A stretch of 64,000 bases of DNA from Dendrobates tinctorius (Eukaryota), in assembly GCF_039654945.1 (NCBI RefSeq), contig NW_027361749.1, forward strand, positions 12,648,001-12,712,000, read 5' to 3'. The notes beneath the pieces were generated by a model. That model saw only the letters and a list, made by a program, of their open reading frames with translations. It was not told where the DNA came from and ran no database searches. A program made the translations under genes and the position numbers. This document shows, one piece after another, positions 11,117-21,989 of the stretch; position 1 is the first letter of the stretch; every line of letters begins with the position of its first letter.

Positions 11117-12479
11117 ATGGAGGATCAGGCTAAAACTGAGACGGGGCCAGAGAGCCAGGGTCACGTGAGTACCTCACAAAAGGTTACTGCAGGACCCTAA
11201 GTAGGCAGATCCCACAGGACACATATTCTATGTATTCCAGGGAACCCCAGCGGAGAAGGAGGAGTCTAGGAGGAAGGAGAAAAAGTGCCCAATCTGCGCC
11301 AAAAAACTAAAGGACACATGGCAAAAGCCCTTGGGGGATGAGCAAGCCACTATCATGTCTAACATGAGATCCATTATAATGGAGGAGGTGCAGTCTTCAG
11401 TATCAGGCATGAGATGCCCCCAGACTCCGCAGCCGATTCCCCAGGTATCCGGTAAAAGGCCCAGGGAGTCGGACTCCTCGTTGGAGGAGGACCCGTCCAA
11501 ATCAGGGCTAGACGAGGAGGAGATGAGAGAACCCACAGAGAAGGGGAAGAGATATCTCTTTTCGTCCGGGGATATGGACGAACTGCTGGGTGCAGTAAGA
11601 CACACTATGCAGATCGAGGAACTCCCAGAGACTCTATCGGTACAGGACGAGATGTTTGGGGGGCTGCGGTCGCAGACCTCGATGGTCTTCCCAGTGAATA
11701 CGCATATACGAGCGATGATCTTGGAGGAATGAGAAGAGGCGGAGAAGAGACTCACTGTCCCTAGAGACTTTAAACTTCGCCTACCATTTGACCCAGAGGA
11801 GGTCAAGGCCTGGGAGGAAAGCCCAAAAATAGATATCCCGGGTGCAAAAGTGTCTAAAAAGACAGCCATTCCTTTTGAGGACTCTTCTAATCTGAAAGAG
11901 CCCATGGACCGGAAGGCAGACGGCCTCTTAAAGAGAGCCTGGGAAAGTTCGGCCGCGGTCATATGGGCTAATATAGCGGCAACGTCTGTAGCACGTTCAA
12001 TGCACCTGTGGGTAGATGACTTAGAGGAGCACCTTACAGATGGAACCCCAAGGGAGACTATTCTAAAATCCCTTCCCTGGTTAAAATTAGCCACTGGATT
12101 TTTAGCTGACGCTTCAGCGGAGACCGTCAGATTTACGGCCAGGAATCAATCCCTGACCAACACGGCCTGGAGAGCCATCTGGCTTAAGAGCTGGTCGGGG
12201 GATATACAATCCAAGAATAAGCTCTGCTCAATCCCTTTTTCTGGAGGCAAGGTCTTCGGGCCTGTGCTTGACGATATTTTAGAAAAAGCCTCTGATGAGA
12301 AAAAAGGGTTCCCGGAAGAGAAACACAAAAAATATCAGCCCTTTCGTAGACCCCGTTTTAACCAAAGGACGGACTACAGAGGGAAAGGGAAAACTGGAAG
12401 ATGGAGCTACCCCAAAGGGGGAGAGAGCAGGGGTAGAAATAGAGACTCCATCTTCTCCGGGTCCGGGTCAAACTCCTGA
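11117..12479 (+). pseudogene. DIRS ORF1 gag-like (LAP2alpha-related) protein; predicted intron 11165-11240; one nonsense codon at 11730-11732
   Basis: ORFs 11331-11732 and 11850-12479 are in one frame, separated by a single TGA (LEE*EEAEKR). CPIC zinc-knuckle half site; KEPMDRKAD and R..WLKSWSGD motifs typical of DIRS gag. Confidence 0.8.
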
Positions 12480-12483
12480 AGAA

Positions 12484-14360
12484 AATGACGCCACCAGAGT
12501 AGGGGGGTGATTGCTCGGGTTCCTAGGAGAGTGGCAGCAAATTTCCAGCAGCCCCTGGGTGCTACAGGTGATCTCTCAGCGGTACACGATAGATTTCAAC
12601 TCCCTCCCTCCAAGCCGATTTCTGGTAACCAGCTCCCACCTCCATTCTGCCTCCCCCATGTGGTTGGACATTCAGGACCTCCTGGCGACGGCCGCAGTCA
12701 TCCCAGTACCCGCTCGAGAGGAAGGCAGAGGGCACTACTCAAGACTTTTCTCGATAAAAAAGCCGTCAGAAGAGTCCAGAACTATAATAAATCTCAAACC
12801 CCTAAACAGGTGGCTAAGATACAAAAGGTTCAAGATGGAATCAATAAAATCCACAATTCCTCTCCTAGGGAAGGGGGTGGTAATGTGTACTCTAGATTTA
12901 AAGAGTGCATATTACCATGTTCCCATCCATCCAGACCATCAGAGGTATCTCAGGTTTGCAGTCAAGAAAGAGGGCAAGATCTATCATCAGTTTTGCTGCC
13001 TCCCCTTTGGTCTAGCATCAGCCCCGAGAGTCTTTACGAAACTGATGGTAGAGGTAGTGGCCTACCTAAGAATCAGAAATATCACGGTGGTCCCTTACCT
13101 AGACGATTTCCTCATCATAGCAGATTCAGTGGCCCGGCTCAGACTCGACTGTCAGTCTTTGATTTCAACGCTGCAGAGCTTGGGTTGGATTATAAACTGG
13201 CAAAAATCAGATCTAAAACCCAAGCCAAGGATAAAATTCCTGGGAGTAATGCTAGACTCAGAAGAAAGAATTTCTTACCTTCCAGAAGGAAAACAGACCA
13301 GCACGAAGGAAAGGATTCGCCAGTTCGCAAAACAACGGGTCTCTATCAGGAAGGCCATGAAAATTCTAGGCCTGATGACGTCCTGTATTCCCTGCGTCAG
13401 ATGGAGCCAGTTCCACTCTCGAGATCTACAACGGGCAGTTCTATCTTCCTGGGACAGAAGACAAAGCTCGTTAGACAAGAAGATCCGATTGTCTCACCGA
13501 GTCAGGAATTCCCTGGTGTGGTGGACCGTTCTGAAAAATCTACGCCCCGGTGTCTCATGGATCCAGTGCCCGGAGGTCATAGTCACCACAGACGCAAGCC
13601 AGCAAGGTTGGGGCGGACACGTCCAAGGAAGATACTACCATGGACGATGGGGTCGGGAGGACAGCAAGGAGTCCTCCAACTTCAGGGAGCTTCATGCGGT
13701 ATGGAAGGTACTATTGTCCGCCCAGTCACTGGTGAGAAACAAGCACGTCAAGGTACTGTCAGACAATACCACGACAGTAGCTTTCCTTCGTCACCATGGC
13801 GGTCCAAGACACCCAGGACTGCAACGCCTAGCCGAACAGATATTCAGGTGGGCAGAAAAGAACACCCTCTCGATCTCAGCAGTGCACCTAGAGGGCGACA
13901 AAAACCAGGTGGCAGACTTCCTCAGCAGGAGAAGAGTAGTCGCAACGGAATGGGAGCTGAACGACGAGGTATTCAACAACCTATGCAGCCAGTGGGGAAC
14001 ACCGGAGATAGACATGTTCGCAGTCAAGCAGAACACAAAGGTCAGGACCTTCTCTCTGAACCCTCTAGGGAACCCAGCAGGAATCGACGCCCTATCACAA
14101 TCATGGAGCAAGGGCCTGTTATACGCCTTCCCGCCTCTCGCCCTCATACCGCGGACTCTCAGCAAAATCAACGAAGACAAAGCCAGAGTCATACTAATAG
14201 TGCCATTCTGGCCGAAGAGGAGTTGGTTCCCCTTGCTCAGGAAGATGGCAGAGGAAGAACCCATTCTTCTACCAGAAAGAAGAGACCTCCTCCACCAGGG
14301 TCCGGTTTGGCGCCAGAAGCACTCCAATTGTCGGCCTGGATCCTGAGCGGCAGGTCTTAA
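12484..14360 (+). CDS. DIRS ORF2: reverse transcriptase / RNase H / DNA N6-adenine methyltransferase-like
   Basis: LDLKSAYYH, LPFGLASAPRVF and YLDD (RT); TTDAS, NFRELHAV, SDNTT and VADFLSR (RNase H); IDMFA and YAFPP (MT). TGA at 12508 in VGG*L and a frameshift near 14308. Confidence 0.93.
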
Positions 14361-15369
14361 ATTCAAGGGGCCTGTCAGACGTCATCTCTACCCTGCAGGC
14401 GAGTAGGAAACCTGTAACCGCTGCGATATATAACAAGATCTGGAAGAGATTCTGCAGCTTCTGTGGAGAGACGACAGTTGAGACTGACCACCCCAACATC
14501 CCAAAGATTCTGGACTTCTTACAGGCAGGGTTCAAAAAGGGCCTTTTACCCAGTACGCTAAGAGTACAGATCGTAGCCCTTAGTGTGTTCTACGACTGCG
14601 CCCTATCAGCACACCCCTGGTTAGCCCGTTTCTCCAGGGCTGTTCAGAGGCTGAAACCCTTAATAAGGAAGTCTGTTCCCCCTGGGACCTTAACCTAGTC
14701 CTCAATGCACTGTGTAAACACCCATTCCAGCTAGTGGCAGACATAGGGATTGGTAATCTCTCGATCAGAACGGCATTTCTGGTAGCGATCACGTCAGCAA
14801 AGAGGCTAGGAGAACTTCATGCCCTGTCTATCCAGGAGCATTATCTACAGGTGATTGACGATAGATTAATCTTAAGACTTGACCCGGCTTTTCTTCCAAA
14901 AGTTGTCTCAGATTCAAATATGAATCAAGAGGTGGTACTCCCTACATTCTGTCAGTTCCGTAAGAATAAAAAAGAGAGCGCCTACCATAACCTAGATGTC
15001 AGGGAGTCAGTACTCAGGTACCTAGACGCAACCATGCCTTGGAGAAAAGATAATAATCTCTTCGTTCAATACAGAGGTCCGAATAAAGGGAGGAAAGCAT
15101 CTAAATCCACAATCGCAAGATGGATTAAATTCACAATTAGTCTAGTCTATAGGATACAGGGGCAGAATCCCCCAGGGAACCTTAAAGCCCACTCAACTAG
15201 GGCCATGGCCACATCATGGGCAGAGAGGGGGGGAGCCTCGGCAGAACAGATCTGCAGGGCCGCGTCCTGGTCCAGTCTCAGTACGTTCTCTAGACACTAT
15301 AAATTAGATGTGGTATCCGCACAATTAGCATTTGGCAGAAAGGTACTCCACGCAGTAGTCCCATCCTAG
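14342..15369 (+). pseudogene. DIRS ORF3 tyrosine recombinase domain (frameshift near 14680)
   Basis: ASRKPVTAAIYNKIWKRF N-terminal part, then TSAKRLGEL, KAHSTR and STFSRHY catalytic motifs in ORF 14734-15369. Confidence 0.92.
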
Positions 15370-15390
15370 GACCAGTCTCCTTTGGTACTA

Positions 15391-15472
15391 CAGCGTGCTG
15401 TCAGGTGGTGACCTGGAAAACGGTAATTAGACCTACCGGTAATTGTGTTTCCAGGAATCCATCCTGACAGCA
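15391..15472. repeat. DIRS internal complementary region (ICR)
   Basis: 15391-15420 is the reverse complement of the element's left end (TTTTCCAGGTCACCACCTGACAGCACGCTG). 15417-15472 is the reverse complement of its right end (...TAGGTCTAATTACCGTTTT). Confidence 0.95.
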
Positions 15473-16317
15473 CTGTTAGTTCCCTCCCTATGATATTCAT
15501 CCGTACTATTGTGATGTAACATGTGCATGTGGAAATTTTGTTAAATAAAAATCTTCTTGCATCCATCCAGACGTGTTACTTTGAGAAATCACTGAAGGGT
15601 GGTGAGGGGAGGGTCCTTTTGAACTCTCGTGGTTTCCTGTCCCACTGTGGATAAGAAGGACGTCCTCCAGCATGCTGTCAGGATGGATTCCTGGAAACAC
15701 AATTACCGGTAGGTCTAATTACCGTTTTCTTTGCCACTCTGCCCTGAAGGTTAGCATCCCGGAGTCGCCTCTTCACTGTAGACGTTGATACTAGTGTTTT
15801 GCGTCTACTATTTATTGAAGCTGCCAGTTGAGGACCTGTGAGGCGTCGATTTCTCAAACTACAGACTCTAATGTACTTGTCTTGTTGCTCAGTTGTGTAG
15901 CAGGGCCTCCCACTTCTCTTTCTACTCTGGTTAGAGCCTGTTTGTGCTCTCCCCTGAAGGGAGTAGTACATACTGTTGTAGGAAATCTTCAGTTTCTTGG
16001 CAATTTCTCGCATGGAATAGCCTTCATTTCTAACAACAAGAATAGAATGTTGAGTTTCACATGAAAGTTCTTTTTTTCTGGCCATTTTGAGAGTTTAATG
16101 GAACCAAAAAATGTAATGCTTCAGATTCTCAACTAGCTCAAAGGAAGGTCAGGTTTATAGCTTCTCTAATTAGCCAAACTATTTTCAGCTGTGCTAACAT
16201 ACTTGCACAAGGGTTTTCAAGGATATTCTAACCATCCATTAGCCTTCTTACACAGATAGCAAACACAAAGTGCCATTAGAACACAGGTGTGATGGTTGTT
16301 GGAAATGGGCCTCGATA

Positions 16318-17867
16318 CAGTCATGGCCAAAAGTTTTGAGAATGACACAAATATTAATTTTTACAAAGTCTACTGCTTCATTTTTTCTAATGGCAATTTG
16401 CATATACTCCAGAATGTTAGAGTGATCAGCTTAACAGCAATTACTTGCAAAGTCAATATTTGCCTAGAAAATGAACTTTATCCCCCAAAACACATTTCAA
16501 CATCATTGCAGCCCTGCCTTAAAAGGACCAGCTAACATCGTTTCAGTGATTGCTCCATTAACACAGGTGTTGGTGTTGATGAGGACAGGGCTGGAGATCA
16601 ATCTGTCATGATTAAGTAAGAATGACACCACTGGACACTTTAAAAGGAGGCTGGTGCTTGGCATCATTGTTTCTCTTCTGTTAACCATGGTTATCTCTAA
16701 AGAAACACGTGCAGTCATCATTGCACTGCACAAAAATGGCCTAACAGGGAAGAGTATCGCAGCTAGAAAGATTGCACCTCAGTCAACAATCTATCGCATC
16801 ATCAAGAACTTCAAGGAGAGAGGTTCCCTTGTTGCCAAAAAGGCTCCAGGGCGCCCAAAAAGACCAGCAAGCGCCAGGACCGTCTCTTAAAAGTGTTTCA
16901 GCTGCGGGATCAGCCACCAGCAGTGCAGAGCTTGCTCAGGAATGGCAGCAGGCAGGTGTGAGTGCATCTGCACGCACTGTGAGGCGGAGACTCTTGGAGC
17001 AAGGCCTGGTCTCAAGGAGGGCAGCAAAGAAGCCACTTCTCTCCAGGAAAAACATCATGGACAGACTGATATTCTGCAAGAGGTACAGGGAGTGGACTGC
17101 TGAGGACTGGGGTAAAGTCATTTTCTCTGATGAATCCCCTTTTCGATTGTTTGGGACATCTGGAAAACGGCTTATTCGGAGAAGACCAGGTGAGCGCTAC
17201 CACCAGTCTTGTCTCATGCCAGCTGTCAAGCATCCTGAAACCATTCATGTGTGGGGTTGCTTCTCAGCCAAGGGAATGGGCTCTCTCTCAGTCTTGCCTA
17301 AAAACACAGCCATGAATAAAGAATGGTACCAGAATGCAACTTCTCCCAACCGTCCAAGAGCAGTTTGGCGATCAACAATGCCTTTTTCAACATGATGGAG
17401 CACCTTGCCATAAAGCAAAGGTGATAACTAAATGGCTCAGGGAACAAAATATAGACATTTTGGGACCATGGCCTGGAAACGCCCCAGATCTTAATCCCAT
17501 TGAGAACTTGTGGTCAATCATCAAGAGACGGGTGGACAAACAAAAACCTGCAAATTCAGACAAAATAAAAGCATTGATTTTGCAAGAATGGACTGCTATC
17601 AGTCAGGATTTGATCCAGAAGTTGATTGAGAGCATGCCAGGGAGAATTGCTGAGGTCCTGAAGAAGAAGGGTCAACACTGCAAATATTGACTTGCTGCAT
17701 TAACTCATTCTAACTGTCAATATAACCTTTTGCTACTCATAATATGATTGCAATTATATTTCTGTATGTGATAAAAACATCTGACAAACACACATAAAAA
17801 CCAGATGCCAGCAGATCATGTGAAAATATAATATTTGTGTCATTCTCAAAACTTTTGGCCATGACTG
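16318..17867 (+). mobile_element. Tc1 transposon, DD34E, frameshifted transposase ~16687-17690
   Basis: Perfect TIR CAGTCATGGCCAAAAGTTTTGAGAATGACACAAATATTA with TA TSDs. FSDESPF, FQHDGAPCH and PDLNPIE motifs spread over three ORFs. Confidence 0.95.
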
Positions 17868-17880
17868 TACACCTATGAAG

Positions 17881-18659
17881 TGTCATGATCCATGCGGGAT
17901 CAGTACAGATAAAAGCACAGGTAACCTTTTTTTTTCCCTTAAGCTGTGCTTAAGTGTGGTTTTAGCCCCCGGTGGCCATTTGGATTATTGCACTGTGGTG
18001 TCGTTTGTTCTAAGTTGCCCCCGGTGGTGGTGAGCGTCATTGCACTCTGTTTCTTTAGTTAAGTGCACATGTTTATAATGCAGGTGTGATTGCTGGCTCT
18101 GCTATAAAAGAGTCACAGGTGTTGCAATCAGCGTTGGTGATAGTATTCATTTCAACCATCCTTGGTGGAGGAAGGAGCTGGAGAGCGTTCCTTGCAGAAC
18201 TGTCTTAGCCCTGGTGTGGAAGGAGTCATAGGAGATTTCCTTGTAGCTCTGACAGAGCTTGTTGGCAGCGATTCAGGAGGAGAGCTGCATTCTGGTGGTG
18301 GACTCTGTTGCCAGGAGCAAGTGCAACAGAGTAAAGCTAAGTGGTGTTTCCCTGTTTGTGTTTTTCCTTCGTGTGTATTAGTACAGGGGTGGGGCCAGTG
18401 CCTGCGCCACCCAGCTCCCTAGCAAGGGATAGGTGTAGGGTGTGCTAGGGTGACTGGTATCCTGAGTGGCGCCCAGTGCGGAACCGGCATAGGGAACATT
18501 AGGAGCGTTAGGGACACTGACTCAGGGGAGTGCAGGAGGTCTCCACGTCCCCTTACCCTATCGCAGGGCCCACCGTTGTAACTGTTCTCCCTTCCCCTTG
18601 TCTTGTTGTTTTAGTTACCGGCCTGCGGGCCGTGTCACACAGGACGGGTCCACGTGATA
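17881..18659 (+). mobile_element. Solo LTR (Gypsy-type), 779 bp
   Basis: 5-bp TSD TGAAG (17876-17880, 18660-18664). TGTCATG...CGTGATA ends (terminal CA mutated). TATAAAA near 18103. Tc1 host sequence rejoins across it. Confidence 0.85.
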
Positions 18660-18814
18660 TGAAGATATTGCATTACAAACCAGCCGTTTACAGCTAGAAT
18701 AGTCATTTACCACATTAACAATGTATAGAGTGTATTTCTGAATCATTTAATATTAGCTTAATTGGAAAAAACTGTGCTTTTCTTTCAAAAATAAGGAAAT
18801 TTCTAAGTGATCCT

Positions 18815-18951
18815 NNNNNNNNNNNNNNNNNNNNNNNNNNNNNNNNNNNNNNNNNNNNNNNNNNNNNNNNNNNNNNNNNNNNNNNNNNNNNNNNNNNNNN
18901 NNNNNNNNNNNNNNNNNNNNNNNNNNNNNNNNNNNNNNNNNNNNNNNNNNN
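18815..18951. other. Assembly gap (N run)
   Basis: 137 N characters. Confidence 1.
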
Positions 18952-20705
18952 TTATTATGCATAAAATATTTCCTCATATTTTCTCTAAATTACCTATTTC
19001 TGTATATGAATTGCAGTCATTGTTATTTTCCAGTCATATAATATATTAGTATAATTGCAATGTTTTTGAACAAACTGCCTATGAAAACAGTATATTTTTA
19101 AAAATAAGAAACACTCAAAATGCATGTTCCAAATTATTATGCACAGCAGAGTTTTCAACCTTTTTATTTTGAACAAAAAAATGGTCAATTGTGAAATTAT
19201 AAGCATTATCAGCTTATTACAAAATGAAATCAAACAGTTTTCAAGTCAGAACTTTATTCTAGGTGATGTTACATTTGCACATAGGACCCCTTGTTCGAAA
19301 GAAGCTTCTGAACTCTCTCGTCCATTGAATTTGTCAGTTTTTGGATGTTTGTGCTTCAATTGTTTTGCATGTGGACAGAATACCATCCCAGAGTTGTTGC
19401 TTAGATGTGAACTGCCTCCTGCCATCATAGACACTCCTTTTGATGATGCTCCAGAGGTTCTCAATGGGGTAGAGGTCAGGGGAAGATGGTGGCCACACCA
19501 TAAGTTTGTCCTCTTTTATGCCCATAGCAGCCAGAGATGCAGATGTATTTGCAGCATGAGACGGTGCATTATCATGCATGAAAATGATCTTGCTGCGGAA
19601 AGCACGGTTCTTCCTCTTGAACCATGGCAGGAAGTGCTGTTTTAGAAACTCCACATAGATTATGGAGTTCATCTTTACCCCTTCAGGGATCCTAAAGGGG
19701 CCGACAATCTCTCTCCCCATGATTCCAGCCCAAAACATTACTCCACCTCCTCCTTGTTGGCGCCTTAAGGGCATGTCACACTAAGCGATATCGCTAGCAA
19801 TATCGCTATAACTTGTGACGTTATAGCGATATTGCTAGCGATATCGCTGTGTCTGATACTTACCTACGACCGGCTCCCCCGCTGGTTATCGCTGATCGCG
19901 CGAGAACGTCCAGGACTGTTTCTCGTCGTCAGCTTCCTGCGGCGCTTCCTGCTGTGACGACGAGCGACGCGTGGAGCCGGGCGGGAGGACGCAGGATCGC
20001 CTGGTGTGACAGGTAAGTAGCGACCCCCATCCCCAGTGATGTCGCTGGTGAGATCTGCCTGTGTGGCAGCTCACTAGCGACCACTTAGCGATGTACCAGC
20101 GATCCTGACCACGTCATATCGCTGGTCGGGATCGCTGGTACATCGCTAAGTGTGACAGTACCTTTAGCCGTGTTTTCATGGGGTGTCCATCAACCAGCCA
20201 TCCTCCACTCCATTCATCTGGACCATCGAGCGTTGCACGGCACTCATCGGTGAACAAAACAGTTTGGAAGTCAGTCTTCATGTATCGTTTGGCCCACTGT
20301 AGCCGTTTCTGCTTGTGTGCAGTGGATAGAGGTGGTCGACAGGATGGCTTACACACAGCTGCAAACCTCTGAAGGACCCTGCATCTTGTTGTTTGGGGGA
20401 CGTTGGAGGCACCAGCAGCTTTAAAAACTTGTCTGCTGCTATGACAAGGCATTTTTGCAGCTGCTCTTTTAACCTGACGCAATTGCCTGTTGGAAAGAGT
20501 CCTCAATTTTTCCTTATCAGCACGCACACGTGTGGGCTGGGAATCGGCTACATACTTCTTGATTGTGCGATGATCACGATGAAGTGTCTTGGCAATGTTG
20601 ATTGTAGTCATGCCTTGACCTAAATACTCCACAATTTGTTGCTTCTCAGCAGCCGACACATCCTTTTTCTTTCCCATTTTGGCAAAAAATGTAGGCTGCT
20701 TAATA
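18952..20705 (-). mobile_element. Tc1-related TRT (DD37E-like) transposon, interrupted by a MITE and 5'-truncated
   Basis: MGKKKDVS...FTDECRATLDGPD...MKTRL | RRQQGGGGVMFWAG...HDNAPSH...SPDLYPIE. The D-E spacing is 36 in this copy. Confidence 0.85.
19768..20163. mobile_element. PIF/Harbinger-type MITE, AGCGAT family (copy 2)
   Basis: TTA TSD at 19765-19767 and 20164-20166; removing it restores the host transposase frame. Confidence 0.9.
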
Positions 20706-20889
20706 TACCTGGGTTTATTGCTCCATATCCCCAGCAGCATAAAAACAGAGTAAGTCAGCCTTTAGATCCGGCTAAACAAAATAACAATGTCCATAAAACA
20801 GGGCTTTGTTCCCTCAGACCTGGGGGGCACACAGGTTGTGCCGTAACCAGCACGCAGGCTCTATATCCTAAACACAGGCTTTCACTGAC

Positions 20890-21090
20890 TCCGGGGTCAA
20901 CATAACACAGATTCCTCTCCGTTACCTGTTGGTGTCAGCCACACAGGTTCCCGGATGCCTCTTGTCCTCAGAGGTATCCAATAAACACAGTCTCTTTCTG
21001 ACCCCGGTCAGCACAACACGGATCCTTGTCTGTTACCTGTTGGTGTCAGCCACACAGGTTCCCAGATACCTCTTATCCTCAGAGGTATCT
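20890..21090. repeat. Direct duplication, period ~111 bp
   Basis: GTTACCTGTTGGTGTCAGCCACACAGGTTCCC...CCTCAGAGGTATC at 20921 and 21032. Confidence 0.8.
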
Positions 21091-21337
21091 CACAATGTCT
21101 CTCACTGAGCCTGTGGAGCAGGAGCTCCTGATAGGTAACCCCGGGTATGGGGAAAGAACTTTGTGCATTGACAATGGTCTGCTACTGAACTGTGCGGTCA
21201 CCCGGTGAGAAAGAAGTCTTGTACTTCGAAACGCGTTGAGATTATGAATAAACCATCATCTCTTTTATGAACGGTTTGCTCCTGAGTCATATATAGCAGC
21301 ACAAAAAATCCACAAAATCTCCAGTATTTTAAAAAGC

Positions 21338-21810
21338 TTGTGCCTGGGTAGAGCTGCTAGAGCTATGCCTTGGTTTGGCCTCTGATCTGTATCTGGGTTT
21401 GCGCTCTCTGATCTGTATCTGGGTTTGCGCTCTCACAGCTGTGTCTATGTTTGGACTCTTAGAGCTGTGCCTAGGTTTGAGTTCTAAGAGCTGTGACTGG
21501 GTTTGGGCTCTCAAAGCTGTTCCTGGGTTTGAGCTCTCAGCTGTGCCTGAGTTTGGGCTGTAAGAGTTGTGCCTGGGTTTGGGCCATAGGAGCTGTGCCT
21601 GGGTTTGGGCTGTAGAAGCTGTGCCTGGGCTTGGGCTCTCAGACCTGTGCCTGGGCTTGGGCTCTCAGACCTGTGCCTGGGCTTGGGCTCTCAGACCTGT
21701 GCCTGGGCTTGGGCTCTCAGACCTGTGCCTGGGCTTGGGCTCTCAGACCTGTGCCTGGGTTTGGGCTCTCAAACCTGTGCCTAGGTTTGGGCTTTCAGAG
21801 ATGTGCCCAT
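21338..21810. repeat. 26-bp minisatellite (ACCTGTGCCTGGGCTTGGGCTCTCAG)n
   Basis: Roughly 17-18 units; near-perfect at 21620-21770 and diverged toward the left. Confidence 0.9.
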
Positions 21811-21989
21811 GGTAGGGTTCAAAGAGTTGTGCCACTGCCTGTCAGCGAGAGTGAAGCAGAGGGGCAGCACCAGCTCAGGAAGCGGCTGCCATCTCGGATT
21901 TTGAACTCCCGTTCTCCTCTCTACAGCGATTTGTTCAGCAACTCACAGGCAGTAGATACAAAAGGACCTGTGTAACGGGGCATGATATA

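Larger units (their letters stand above)
10303..15728 (+). mobile_element. Full-length DIRS1-group tyrosine-recombinase retrotransposon
   Basis: Inverted terminal repeats 10318-10410 / 15590-15682. Internal complementary region 15391-15472. gag, RT/RNaseH/MT and YR ORFs. No TSD. Confidence 0.95.
9497..18814 (-). mobile_element. Tc1 transposon (host of nested DIRS, Tc1 and solo LTR)
   Basis: TIR CACTACCGTTCAAAAGTTTGGGGTCAC at 9497. Transposase N-terminus 16085-15729 (MARKKELS...GRVAKK) joins the C-terminus below 10306 (KPYLRL...WTD...KHGGG...SPDLNPTE). The other TIR begins at ...AAGTGATCCT and runs into the N gap. Confidence 0.9.

Noticed and set aside
10346-12094. Long minus-strand ORFs (272 aa and 288 aa)
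   Set aside because: Antisense shadows of the GC-rich DIRS leader and gag; no recognisable domains.
18753-19049. ORFs spanning the N run
   Set aside because: Artefacts of the assembly gap.
21338-21810. CRISPR-like array or repetitive protein ORFs
   Set aside because: Head-to-tail repeats without unique spacers in a eukaryotic context; the ORFs are by-products of the 26-bp unit.
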